Shown one piece after another: positions 52,622 to 64,000 of a DNA stretch of 64,000 nt (positions are counted from its first letter, which is position 1; each line of letters opens with the position of its first letter). The stretch comes from Macrostomum lignano (lineage: Eukaryota). The stretch spans positions 186,001 through 250,000 of the forward strand of contig NIVC01001338.1 in NCBI GenBank assembly GCA_002269645.1. Direction: 5' to 3'. A program made the position numbers and the translations under genes. The notes under the pieces are model-generated. The model was not told where the DNA came from and ran no database searches. It saw nothing but the letters and a program-made list of their open reading frames with translations.

Positions 52622-55600
52622 TTAGCTCTGTTGCCGGTAGAACAGAATGTACGCGGCTGCGCTGACGACATTGTCCGGCTCAATTTTCGACACTTGGTCG
52701 TCATCGAAACAGTGCCACTGATTGGTGGGCGCATTCAAGCAGGCGGCAGTGTAGTGGCCGCAGTCCGCCCGGCCGTAGTGATTGCACACCCCGTACAGGT
52801 TGTACACGCGTCTGAAATGTGCATTCAGAAAATTAATTGCAACTGTACAGAAGATATGAATAAAAATAGTGGGTCGGGATAGAGAGGGAAGCAGGTTTTT
52901 AATTTACAGATACTACTACCATATCTAGGATGAATTCTTAGATATTTACTATTCGGTTGTAGCCCAGTGGTTAGAGCGTTGGACTCACGTCTGAAAGGTC
53001 GGGGGTTCGATTCTCGACCCACTCGGACCAATTGATATTTGTGAGCAAAACACAAGGGTGTGTGTGGCGACCCCCCCCCCCCCAGTCCTTGGACTGAACA
53101 GCCGTACGCAGCATTCAGATGCGCCGCGCAATAGCTGCGGCTGAGCTGTCGGTTGCACACCTTGCCCATTAGGGCAGGTGTAATCAATTAGTATTATTTT
53201 AAGGATAAAGAAATTTGTCTTGTACCCTTAAAAGGCCGTTTGAACGAATATTTGTCGCAGAATAGAAACTACAAAATCAAAGTGAGTGGATTTAAAATTT
53301 ACAAAGAGTTGTCTAGATTCTTGGGCCACGACCGATGGTTCGATGCCGTGTTTACTCCTGTGTTTTAATTAACCTAAGCCACGAAGCGTCCCATATAGTC
53401 GTTTTCAGAGTCGTTGCAGGTAACACAGGTAAAATAGGTAAGAAGTGACTCTAGACGACTCTAAAATGACGAGATGTCATGACGGTACAAGTCGCCCCAG
53501 AGTCGGTAGAGTCACTAGTGAGTTGTTTGCAATGACTCTTTAGCGATTCTTGTCACGGGTAAATGATCAGATGCAATGTGGGGCCGTTTTGTTAATCAAC
53601 TCGATGGATGATGCACAATGATGAAAATGCAACCAGCCACACCTGTTGGATTTGAGCGCCTGATTGCGGCAGAACCGATCGAGATCCAAGCCTGCAACCG
53701 GGAACTTCACCAGACTGGAAATCTTTTTGCCGCCGTCGTAGCCGCAAAATCGTTTCAGATGCACCAGCAGGCAAGGCGGCAGGCGCCAGACATCCAGCTG
53801 CTTGGTGGCGTCTTGTCGGCTGTGGCAGGCCGGGCAAAGCCACTGGCAGGCGCCCGTCAGCTGCTCGGGCTGGAGGAACGCCTCCAGGCAGTCCTGGATT
53901 GAAGAGTTTGACAGTGTCGCTGATTTTTTGTGGACCGCCTGCGCAGCTCTGGACCCCGTTTGCACTTCTATGCTCCTCTGTGCTGCCTCCCTTCTGTCCC
54001 TACCTTCCGTTATCTACTCATCTACCCTCGCTTCTATCCCTACCTTCCGTTATCTACTCATCTACCCTCGCTTCTTCATCCCTCAATCTACTTCCCCTTA
54101 TCCAACCCTCCACTTCCTCTTATCCAACCCTCCACTTCCTCTTATCCAACCCTCCACTTCCCCCTATCCAACCCTCCACTTCCTCTTATCCAACCCTCCA
54201 CTTCCCCCTATCCAACCCTCCACTTCCCCCTATCCAACCCTCCACTTGCCCTTATCCAACCCTCCACTTGCCCTTATCCAACCCTCCACTTCCCTCTATC
54301 CAACCCTCCACTTGCCCTTATCCAACCCTCCACTTGCCCTTATCCAACCCTCCACTTGCCCTTATCCAACCCTCCACTTCCCTGTATCCAACCCTCCACT
54401 TGCCCTTATCCAACCCTCCACTTGCCCTTATCCAACCCTCCACTTCCCCCTATCCAACCCTCCACTTCCTCTTATCCAACCCTCCACTTGCCCTTATCCA
54501 ACCCTCCACTTCCCCTTATCCAACCCTCCACTTCCCCTTATCCAACCCTCCACTTCCCCTGATAAAAAATGATTCCGGCCAAGACGGCAGTTTCCACTCA
54601 CATTCAGCGAACAATCAAAATTGTCCACAACCGGCACACTGCAGTACATAAAGGCCTCGTAAGTGACAGACGAGTGCTGGCAGTGCTGGCAGGTGAGGGT
54701 AGACTTGAGCTGGCCCTGTAGCGTAAGAATATGCTATTTATATGGTATATATAGACACAAAACTTATCTGAGATTTCGAGGATTATCAATGCCTTATTAA
54801 CCAAATATGGGCTAATATTATCTAAGGTATTTGAATATAGCCAAACTATCTGGGTTAGAAATACATCTACAAGCATTGCTAAGATTGCTAAGATATTTTG
54901 AAAATCGTGTAGTCATCGCTCATTTTGGCGCCGCGGGTACTCAGTTTAGCGCCACAGGCACTCATTTTAGCGCCACAAGCACTCATTTTAGCGCCACAGG
55001 CACTCATTTTAGCGCCGCGGGCACTCATTTTCGCGCCACAGGCACTCATTTTAGCGCCGCGGGCACTCATTTTGGCGCCGCGGGCACTCATTTTGGCGCC
55101 GCGGGCACTCATTTTGGCGCCGCAGGCACTCATTTTAGCGCCACAGGCACTCATTTTAGCGCCGCGGGCACTCATTTTAGCGCCGCGGGCACTCATTTTA
55201 GCGCCACAGGCACTCATTTTAGCGCCGCGGGCACTCATTTTGGCGCCGCGGGCACTCATTTTGGCGCCGCAAGCAGTCCTTTTGGCGCTATATTTTGGCG
55301 CCCTGAAGAAGAATTATTGATTACCACAACGAGTCACAAGGTGGGGTGGGGGGAGAAAGCATTGGCATGTCCCTTCCTCATAGCTTTTACTGGGGGGGGG
55401 ACATGTCCCCTCTGTCCACCCCCCCCCCGGTGGCGACGCGCCTGAATATAGCATTATATACAGATAGTTGCCAGCGCAAATCACCTGAAACAGGTCCACA
55501 ACAATGCTGTCATTGGTTTGCCTGTGCACCCTCCAAGCCAGGCTGGCCTCGAGATCCTCCTGGTGCTGCTGCTGGCCCGGAGCCGTCGACTCCACGCTGT

Positions 55601-58600
55601 TCACCTCCAAGGACGCCAACGAACTCTCAAAGGCCTTGCCAGTCGAACGCCGGTTGAGATCTTCATGCATGCCGTCGAGCAGGAAGAGCAGAAACTCCTG
55701 CGCATCCTGCTGCTCCTGACCGCCTTCGAAAGCGGAACCGGCGGCGTAGCGACCCACAGCCGTCAGGATGCCGGCGGGGCTCACGCTGGCGAACGCGCCG
55801 CACCACAGCGCCCGGCAGAGCTTCGAGAAGCTCGCGGCGATGTTCAGCTGGCGTGCCTTTCTGCTGTCGGCGTCGTCCAAGACGGCGTCGGAGCCTGCGG
55901 ATTTCGACGATGCAGCGGAGCTCTCGTTGGCAGGTGGTTCCGGCGGCCTGTTGTTAGTAAATTGGCTAGATTAGCAATCCATACTGCAGATTGGCTAGAT
56001 TAGCAATCCATACTGCAGATTGGCTAGCTAGCTCACTTGTACCCCGATGACCTTCACTTGTGCTCCTATGACCTTCACTTGTGCCCCATGACCTTAACCT
56101 GTGCTTCTATGACCTTTATTTGTGCCCCATGACCTTCGATTGTGGCCCATGACCTTTACTTGTACCCATGGCCATACGACCTTCGCTTGTGCTCCGATGA
56201 CCTTAATCTGTGCTCTTATGGCCTTAATTTGTGCTCCTGTGACCTTCACTTGTGCCTCATGACCTTCAATTGTGGCCCATGACGTTTACTTTTACCGATT
56301 CGACCTTCCCATGTGCCCTATGACCTTCACTAGATGAAATCCATTCTGCAGATTGGCTAGATTAGCAATCCATTTGATAAATGGGCTAGATTAGCAATCC
56401 ATTCTGCAGATTGGCTAGATTAGTAATCCATTCTGCAGATTGGCTAGATTAGCAATCCATTTTGCAGATCGGCTAGATTAGCAATCCATTCTGCAGATCG
56501 GCTAGATTAGCAATCCATTCTGCAGATTGGCTAGATTAGCAATCCATTCTGCAGATCGGCTAGATTAGCAATCCATTTGATAGATTGGCTAGATTAGCAA
56601 TCCATTTGATAGATTGGCTAGATTAGCAATCCATTTGATAGATTGGCTAGATTAGCAATCCATTCTGCAGATTGGCTAGATTAGCAATTCATTCTGCAGA
56701 TTGGCTAGATTAGCAATCAATTTGATAGATTGGCTAGATTAGCAATCCATTTGATAGATTGGCTAGATTAGCAATCCATTCTGCAGATTGGCTAGATTAG
56801 CAATCAATTTGATAGATTGGCTAGATTAGCAATCCATTTGATAGATTGGCTAGATTAGCAATTCATTCTGCAGATTGGCTAGATTAGCAATCAATTAGAT
56901 AGATTGGTTAGATTAGCAATCCATTCTGCAGATTGGCTAGATTAGCAATCAATTAGATAGATTGGTTAGATTAACAATCCATTCTGCAGATTGGCTAGAT
57001 TAGCAATTCATTCTGCAGATTGGCTAGATTAGCCATTCATCCTAATCTGTCAACTTACTGAGCTAGAAAGTGCGTTGCCAATAATACGGTATTGCTGAGA
57101 CATTGCAGCACGCAGTTTGCATAGCAACTGTTGCCAAGGTTACGCAGTCCGGTCAGACCAGGACTTGTTGACAGTCGATTTGGCGACAGCTGGTCGAGAG
57201 TCTCTTGATCGAAGCTGTTTATGACGGCGCTGTGATTGGCCAGGATCTGCGACAGAGACTGGCCGGTCCGCCGCTGACTGCAATGTTTTATTAATGGCCA
57301 ACGTTATCGGTTTGAAAGACTGAAAATACTCCTTTAGACAGACATTCATGTTTTTAGCATGCAGCTCTTATAGTTACGTTATCCACAAGTCCCGCAGTCC
57401 CAGCCATCAGTTATTCCGCAGTCCCAGCCATCAGTTATCCCGCAGTCCCAGCCATCAGTTATCCCGCAGTCCCAGCCATCAGCTATCCTGCAGTCCCGCA
57501 GTCCCAGCCATCAGTTATCCCGCAGTCCTGCAGTCCCAACCATCAGTTATCCTGCAGTCCTGCAGTCCCAGCCATCAGTTATCCCACAGTCCCGCAGTCC
57601 CAGCCATCAGTTATTCCGCAGTCCCAGCCATCAGTTATCCCGCAGTCCCAGCCATCAGTTATCCCGCAGTCCCAGCCATCAGCTATCCTGCAGTCCTGCA
57701 GTCCCAGCCATCAGTTATCCTGCAGTCCCGCAGTCCCAGCCATCAGTTATTCCGCAGTCCCAGCCATCAGTTATCATGCAGTCCCAGCCATCAGCTATCC
57801 TGCAGTCCCGCAGTCCCAGCCATCAGTTATTCCGCAGTCCCAGCCATCAGTTATCCCGCAGTCCCAGCCATCAGCTATCCTGCAGTCCTGCAGTCCCAGC
57901 CATCAGTTATCCTGCAGTCCCGCAGTCCCAGCCATCAGTTATTCCGCAGTCCCAGCCATCAGTTATCATGCAGTCCCAGCCATCAGCTATCCTGCAGTCC
58001 CGCAGTCCCAGCCATCAGTTATCCCGCAGTCCTGCAGTCCCAACCATCAGTTATCCTGCAGTCCTGCAGTCCCAGCCATCAGTTATCCAACAGTCCCGCA
58101 GTCCCAGCCATCAGTTATGCCGCAGTCCCAGCCATCAGTTATCCAACAGTCCCGCAGTCCCAGCCATCAGTTATCCAACAGTCCCGCAGTCCCAGCCATC
58201 AGTTATCCAACAGTCCCGCAGTCCCAGCCATCAGTTATCCCACAGTCCCGCAGTCCCAGCCATCAGTTATCCCACAGTCCCGCAGTCCCAGCCATCAGTT
58301 ATCCCACAGTCCCGCAGTCCCAGCCATCAGTTATCCCACAGTCCCGCAGTCTGAACAAGCAACCAATGAAACCAAAGTGCTCACGGGTCACGCGGTGCGT
58401 CTTTAACGCGGACAGTTTCGGACTTGGCGCGACCTCCGCCGCCGCCCTCGAGGCTCAGCACCGCCACCAGCGGCTCGGAGGAATCGTCCAGCGATTCGTC
58501 AATCGGGCCGCTAACCGAGGCGTCCTCGGCCGGCCCGGCGTAGCTGGGATCGGTCACGATGGCCGGGTGCACGGCCGCCAGGCCCTGCAGTCCGGACGCC

Positions 58601-60344
58601 AGATAGCGGAACGGTTGCGGCACCTGGCCGGAGCTTGTCGACGAAGATTTCGCCGCTTCGGACAGCACGGAGCACAGGGCAGCGGCGCAGCTGCCGGGAT
58701 CGCGGGCCAGACGCTCGCTGGCGCCGCGGTGCCAGGCAAGCACCAGCAGCAGCACCAAGTCTTGCGGCGGCGGACTGGCGATCGCCGCTCGCCAGGTGGC
58801 CAGCTGATCCCGCGGCACCAGACGCTCCACCTGTTCCAGGCTGCAGCTGGGATTGGGATGGGGTGCGTTTCTGGGGAAATCAGCTGCGTGTGTTTGCGCG
58901 GATGTGGGAGGCTGGCCCTGAACTGAGGATCTGGGAGGCTGGCCCTGAACTGAGGATCTGGGAGGCTGGCCCTGAACTGAGGATCTGGGAGGCTGGCCCT
59001 GAACTGAGGATCTGGGAGGCTGGCCCTGAACTGAGGATCTGGGAGGCTGGCCCTGAACTGAGGATCTGGGAGGCTGGCCCTGAACTGAGGATCTGGGAGG
59101 CTGGCCCTGAACTGAGGATCTGGGAGGCTGGCCCTGAACTGAGGATCTGGGAGGCTGGCCCTGAACTGAGGATCTTGGAGGCTGGCCAAGCAACTGGGGA
59201 GGATCTGGGAGGCTGGCCAAGCAACTGGGGAGGATCTGGGAGGCTGGCCAAGAAACTGGGGAGGATCTGGGAAGCTGGCCCAGCAACTGAGGATTTGGGA
59301 GGCTGGTGGCTCAGCAACTGAGGATCTGGGAGGCTGGCCAAGCAACTGGGGAGGACTTGGGAGGCTGGCCCAGCAACTGAGGATCTGGGAGGCTGGCCAA
59401 GCAACTGGGGAGGACTTGGGAGGCTGGCCCAGCAACTGAGGATCTGGGAGGCTGGCCCAGCAACTGAGGATCTGGAAGGCTGGCCCAGCAACTGAGGATC
59501 TGGGAGGCTGGCCCAGCAACTGAGGATCTGGGAGGCTGGCCCAGCAACTGAGGATCTGGGAGGCTGGCCCAGCAACTGAGGATCTGGGAGGCTGGCCCAG
59601 CAACTGAGGATCTGGAAGGCTGGCCCAGCAACTGAGGATCTGGGAGGCTGGCCCAGCAACTGAGGATCTGGGAGGCTGGCCCAGCAACTGAGGATCTGGG
59701 AGGCTGGCCCAGCAACTGGGGATCTGGGAGGCTGGCCCAGCAACTGGGGATCTGGGAGGCTGGCCCAGCAACTGAGGATCTGGGAGGCTGGCCCAGCAAC
59801 TGAGGATCTGGGAGGCTGGCCCAGCAACTGAGGATCTGGAAGGCTGGCCCAGCAACTGAGGATCTGGGAGGCTGGCCCAGCAACTGAGGATCTGGGAGGC
59901 TGGCCCAGCAACTGAGGATCTGGGAGGCTGGCCCAGCAACTGGGGATCCGTCAGGAGCAGCCCAGCAGCAGACAGGCAGTTTACCCAGGCGCCAAGTCCC
60001 TGCCGTCCAGACAGACCAGCCTGTCGTGCTTGAGCCGGCACACTGCCTTCTCAGCCGCGGGTCTCAGGTCGAACACAATCGCCGCGCAGCTGCCACCAGA
60101 TCTGTCCAACGTTGGCAGAGTCAGCAGCCGGCGGGCAGCGGTGGCTTCGATCCCCAGCAGCCTCCTCTTATGGCTGGGCGTGGCCGACGTCTCTGCGGTG
60201 GCGACGCTACTGCCGCTGCCGCCGCCTCCGCCGCCGCCGCCGCCGCCGCCGAGTCCAGTTGGCTGCTCACGATCTGCTATGGCGAAATGGCGGGTCAGCG
60301 ACTCGAATCCGCGCAACTCGTCAATTGTCCGGCTGGTTTTGTAG
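52622..60344 (-). CDS. USP8: USP8-like deubiquitinase (rhodanese plus USP domains); complement(join(52622..52811,53643..53893,54602..54715,55485..55947,57059..57277,58385..58846,59985..60344)); 5' end is either the in-frame ATG at 60406 or upstream exon(s)
   Basis: Cys box [21 protein letters not shown] (exon 57059-57277, absent from the ORF track), [20 protein letters not shown], His box [12 protein letters not shown]...FDD; rhodanese VFDLR...LAPG...LVLAW; all six introns phase-consistent. Confidence 0.88.
52955..53190 (+). mobile_element. tRNA-derived SINE (same family as 32700-32875) in the last USP8 intron
   Basis: GGTTGTAGCCCAGTGGTTAGAGCG...GGTTCGATTCTCGAC head; shares GGGTGTGTG-GYGACCCCC-AGTCC with the other copy. 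Confidence 0.7.
53990..54562. repeat. 21-bp minisatellite (CTTATCCAACCCTCCACTTCC) in a USP8 intron
   Basis: Direct reading. Confidence 0.95.
54920..55272. repeat. 21-bp minisatellite (GGCACTCATTTTAGCGCCGCG) in a USP8 intron
   Basis: Direct reading. Confidence 0.95.
55963..57035. repeat. 28-bp minisatellite (core GGCTAGATTAGCAATCCATT) interrupted at 56035-56335 by an ATGACCTT-family array
   Basis: Direct reading. Confidence 0.93.
57390..58350. repeat. 24/33-bp minisatellite (CAGTCCCAGCCATCAGTTATCCCG) in a USP8 intron
   Basis: Direct reading. Confidence 0.95.
58903..59950. repeat. 27/28-bp minisatellite (GAGGATCTGGGAGGCTGGCCCAGCAACT) in a USP8 intron
   Basis: Direct reading; source of several long pseudo-ORFs. 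Confidence 0.96.
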
Positions 60345-60540
60345 CTGAAAATTGCATTTGCGGTGTTGGGCGACTGGCCTGCAGACTGAGTTGTGCTCAG
60401 TGCCATGTAGGGTTTACCGAGAATTAGGGGTCCGGTTAATTAAGACTTAAAGAGAACATGAAGTTTGAAGGCTTAGGGTATAGGACTTAACGATAAGGAT
60501 TTGAGGATAAGGAGTTGAGGTTAAGGATTAAAGGATGTGG

Positions 60541-60588
60541 CTAACCCTAACCCTAACCCTAACCCTAACCCTAACCCTAACCCTAACC
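60541..60588. repeat. Interstitial telomeric tract (CTAACC)8 = (TTAGGG)n on the minus strand
   Basis: Eight perfect units, embedded in a degenerate TTTGAGGATGTGGGA array (60480-61120). Confidence 0.95.
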
Positions 60589-61704
60589 TGGGGCTTGAGG
60601 AATTTGGATTTGAGGATGTGGGGTTTGAGGATGCGGGGCTTTAGGATGCGGGATATAAGGATGTGAGGTTTGAGGATTTTTTATTTGGGGATGTGGGATT
60701 TTAGGATGCGGGATTTAAGGATGTGAGGTTTGAGGATTTTAGATTTGAGGATGTGGGATCTTAGGATGTGGGACTTTAGGATGTGGGATTTTACGATGTA
60801 GGATTTTAGGATGTGGGATTTAAGGATGTGGGAGTTGAGGATGTCGGATTTGAATAGTTAGGATTTGAGGATGTGGGAGTTGAGGGTGGGATTTTAGGAT
60901 GTGGGATCTTAGGATGTGAGATTTTAAGATGTGGGATTTTAGGATGTGGGATTTAAGGATGTGGGATTTGAGGATGTTGGATTTGAGGATGTGGGATTTG
61001 AGGATGTGGGATTTGAGGATGTTGGATTTGAGGATGTGGGATTTGAGGATTTGGGATTTGAGGATGTGGGACTAGAGGATGTGGGACTTGAGGATGTGGG
61101 ACTTGAGGATATGGGATAGTTGATATTGTGAATATTGTGAGTTTATGAATCTTAAAGTTTTAAGGGTATTCGAGGATGTGAAATTTAAAGCGAGATACGT
61201 GTATAAATAAAATGGGGTAAAGAATGATAACTAATAATATTACTATGCAGGAAAAAGCCGAACTAAGCCCCATTTAAAGTACGCAACGCTTAAGCTTGTA
61301 AAGGGGTTAATTAGGTATATTGCAATATAAATAGCTGGTAAACAAAATGCGTAGAAAGCACACCCTGTAAAACTTGCTAGCAAGAGGAAAATGCCCAAAT
61401 TAATAAATAAAAAGAGCCATGATAAATACAAAAGAGTCAGCAGTGTTATTAATTAGACCAACACAATATTCTTCGCTTGTAGGGGCTGCATTTGGCCAAA
61501 TATATAAATAGATTTTGCGCAATTAACCTGCTGCCACTGGTGCAACAGCGCACCTATTCTGCGCTGTACTGCGCTCAACTAATGCGCCTGATTGAAGCGT
61601 TTGGCTGATTATTGGTTCATGGCATTCTTGTAGATTCTATACATGGAAATCACAACGACCAATCTAAGAAGGAGGGCGATGGAGGGCGAAGCTAAATATA
61701 GGGC

Positions 61705-64000
61705 CGATTCTAAGAATGGAATCTAAGGGATTCTAAGAATGGAATCTAAGGGATTCTAAGAATGGAATCTGGTGGATTCTAAGAATGGAATCTGGTGGAT
61801 TCTAAGAATGGAATCTGGTGGATTCTAAGAATGGAATCTGGGGGATTCTAAGAATGGAATCTGAAGAATTCTAAGAATGGAATCTGGTGGATTCTAAGAA
61901 TGGAATCTGGTGGATTCTAAGAATAGAATCTGGTGGATTCTAAGAATAGAATCTGGTGGATTCTAAGAATGGAATCTGGGCGATTCTAAGAATGGAATCT
62001 GGGCGATTCTAAGAATGGAATCTGGTAGATTCTAAGAATGGAATCTGGTGGATTCTAAGAATAGAATCTGGTGGATTCTAAGAATAGAATCTGGTGGATT
62101 CTAAGAATAGAATCTGGTGGATTCTAAGAATGGAATCTGGTGGATTCTAAGAATGGAATCTGGGGATTCTAAGAATGGAATCTGGAGGATTCTAAGAATG
62201 GATCTGGTGGATTCTAAGAATGGATCTGGTGGATTCTAAGAATGGAATCTGGTGGATTCTAAGAACTCAATCTAGGGGATTCTTAGAATGTAATCTGGTG
62301 GATTCTAAGAATTCAATCTAGGGGATTCTAAGAATGGAATCTGGTGGATTCTAAGAATGGAATCTGGTGGATTCTAAGAATGGAATCTGGGGATTCTAAG
62401 AATGGAATCTGGGGATTCTAAGAATGGAATCTGGTGGATTCTAAGAATGGAATCTGGTGGATTCTAAGAATGGAATCTGGTGGATTCTAAGAATGGAATC
62501 TGGGGATTCTAAGAATGGAATCTGGTGGATTCTAAGAATGGAATCTGGTGGATTCTAAGAATGGAATCTGGTGGATTCTAAGAATGGAATCTGGGCGATT
62601 CTAAGAATGGAATCTGGTGGATTCTAAGAATGGAATCTGGGGATTCTAAGAATGGAATCTGGGGATTCTAAGAATGGAATCTGGTGGATTCTAAGAATGG
62701 AATCTGGTAGATTCTAAGAATCAATCTGGGGATTCTAGAATGTAATCTGGGGATTCTAAGAATGGAATCTGGGGATTCTAAGAATGGAATCTGGGGATTC
62801 TAAGAATGGAATCTGGTGGATTCTAAGAATGGAATCTGGTGGATTCTAAGAATGGAATCTGGGGGATTCTAAGAATGGAATCTGGAGGATTCTAAGAATG
62901 GAATCTGGGGGATTCTAAGAATGGAATCTGGTGGATTCTAAGAATGGAATCTGATGGACTCTAAGAATGGAATGTGGTGGATTCTAAGAATGGAATCTGG
63001 GGGATTCTAAGAATGGAATCTGGTGGATCTAAGAATGGAATCTGGGGATTCTAAGAATGGAATCTGGTGGATTCTAAGAATGGAATCTGGGGATTCTAAG
63101 AATGGAATCTGGATTCTAAGAATGGAATCTGGGGATTCTAAGAATGGAATCTGATGGACTCTAAGAATGGAATGTGGTGGATTCTAAGAATGGAATCTGG
63201 GGATTCTAAGAATGGAATCTGGTGGATCTAAGAATGGAATCTGGGCGATTCTAAGAATGGAATCTGGTGGATTCTAAGAATGGAATCTGGGGGATTCTAA
63301 GAATGGAATCTGAAGAATTCTAAGAATGGAATCTGGTGGATTCTAAGAATGGAATCTGGTGGATTCTAAGAATGGAATCTGGGGGATTCTAAGAATAGAA
63401 TCTGGTGGATTCTAAGAATGGAATCTGGGCGATTCTAAGAATGGAATCTGGGCGATTCTAAGAATGGAATCTGGAGGATTCTAAGAATGGAATCTGGTGG
63501 ATTCTAAGAATGGAATCTGGTGGATTCTAAGAATGGAATCTGGTGGATTCTAAGAATCAATCTGGGGATTCTAGAATGTAATCTGGTGGATTCTAAGAAT
63601 CAATCTGGGGATTCTAGAATGGAATCTGGTGGATTCTAAGAATGGAATCTGGGGATTCTAAGAATGGAATCTGGGGATTCTAAGAATGGAATCTGGTGGA
63701 TTCTAAGAATGGAATCTGGGGATTCTAAGAATGGAATCTGGATTCTAAGAATGGAATCTGGTGGATTCTAAGAATGGAATCTGGTGGATTCTAAGAATGG
63801 AATCTGGTGGATTCTAAGAATGAATCTGGTGGATTCTAAGAATGGAATCTGGGGATTCTAAGAATGGAATCTGGGGATTCTAAGAATGGAATCTGGTGGA
63901 TTCTAAGAATGGAATCTGGTGGATTCTAAGAATGGAATCTGGTGGATTCTAAGAATGGAATCTGGGGATTCTAAGAATGGAATCTGGTGGATTCTAAGAA
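61705..64000. repeat. 23-bp satellite (GATTCTAAGAATGGAATCTGGTG) running off the window end
   Basis: Direct reading, ~100 copies. Confidence 0.98.

Noticed and set aside
51327-52625. 432-aa and 357-aa plus-strand ORFs
   Set aside because: Minisatellite translations with no domain.
52955-53025. tRNA-Val(CAC) gene
   Set aside because: The anticodon and acceptor stems pair poorly and it continues into a body shared with the SINE at 32700, so it is treated as a SINE head.
57348-60041. Long Pro/Ser/Gln-rich ORFs on both strands
   Set aside because: Intronic minisatellites of USP8; the real exons are delimited by phase-consistent splice sites.
61560-61670. VISMYRIYKNAMNQ resembling the USP8 MIT helix
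   Set aside because: Followed by an in-frame stop with no phase-compatible donor; likely chance similarity.

Overview
Eukaryotic (metazoan) genomic DNA. It has GC-rich, Ala/Gln-run-rich exons and introns and spacers packed with mini- and microsatellites. This style is most consistent with a free-living flatworm such as Macrostomum; that assignment is an inference, not verified. Spliced gene models I could rebuild with phase-consistent GT-AG introns: a SCOT/OXCT-type CoA transferase (+), folliculin (-), FoxN2/3 (-), an intronless atypical Rho/Rac-like GTPase (+), Rac1 (+), cyclin Y (-) and a USP8-like deubiquitinase (-, 5' end uncertain). The first exon of a rhodopsin-class GPCR (-) is also present. 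Non-coding content: two tRNA-derived SINEs, an RTE-like LINE fragment, a mariner relic and MITEs, an interstitial telomeric tract and more than 20 tandem arrays. Main observations: (1) the folliculin ORF starts at residue 2 directly after a 3' splice acceptor, as expected if a spliced-leader AUG supplies the Met; (2) a sharply bounded 3.3-kb transposon domain holds only 3 CpGs and shows direct CpG-decay signatures; (3) about 65 tandem AP-1 palindromes lie in a folliculin intron; (4) intronic minisatellites in three genes share a branch-point-like core; (5) the Rac1 intron is bounded by an 8-bp direct repeat; (6) a G12S Rac-like paralog sits next to Rac1. No prokaryotic genes, CRISPR arrays or rRNA were seen. 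Most long ORFs in the supplied track are translations of repeats.
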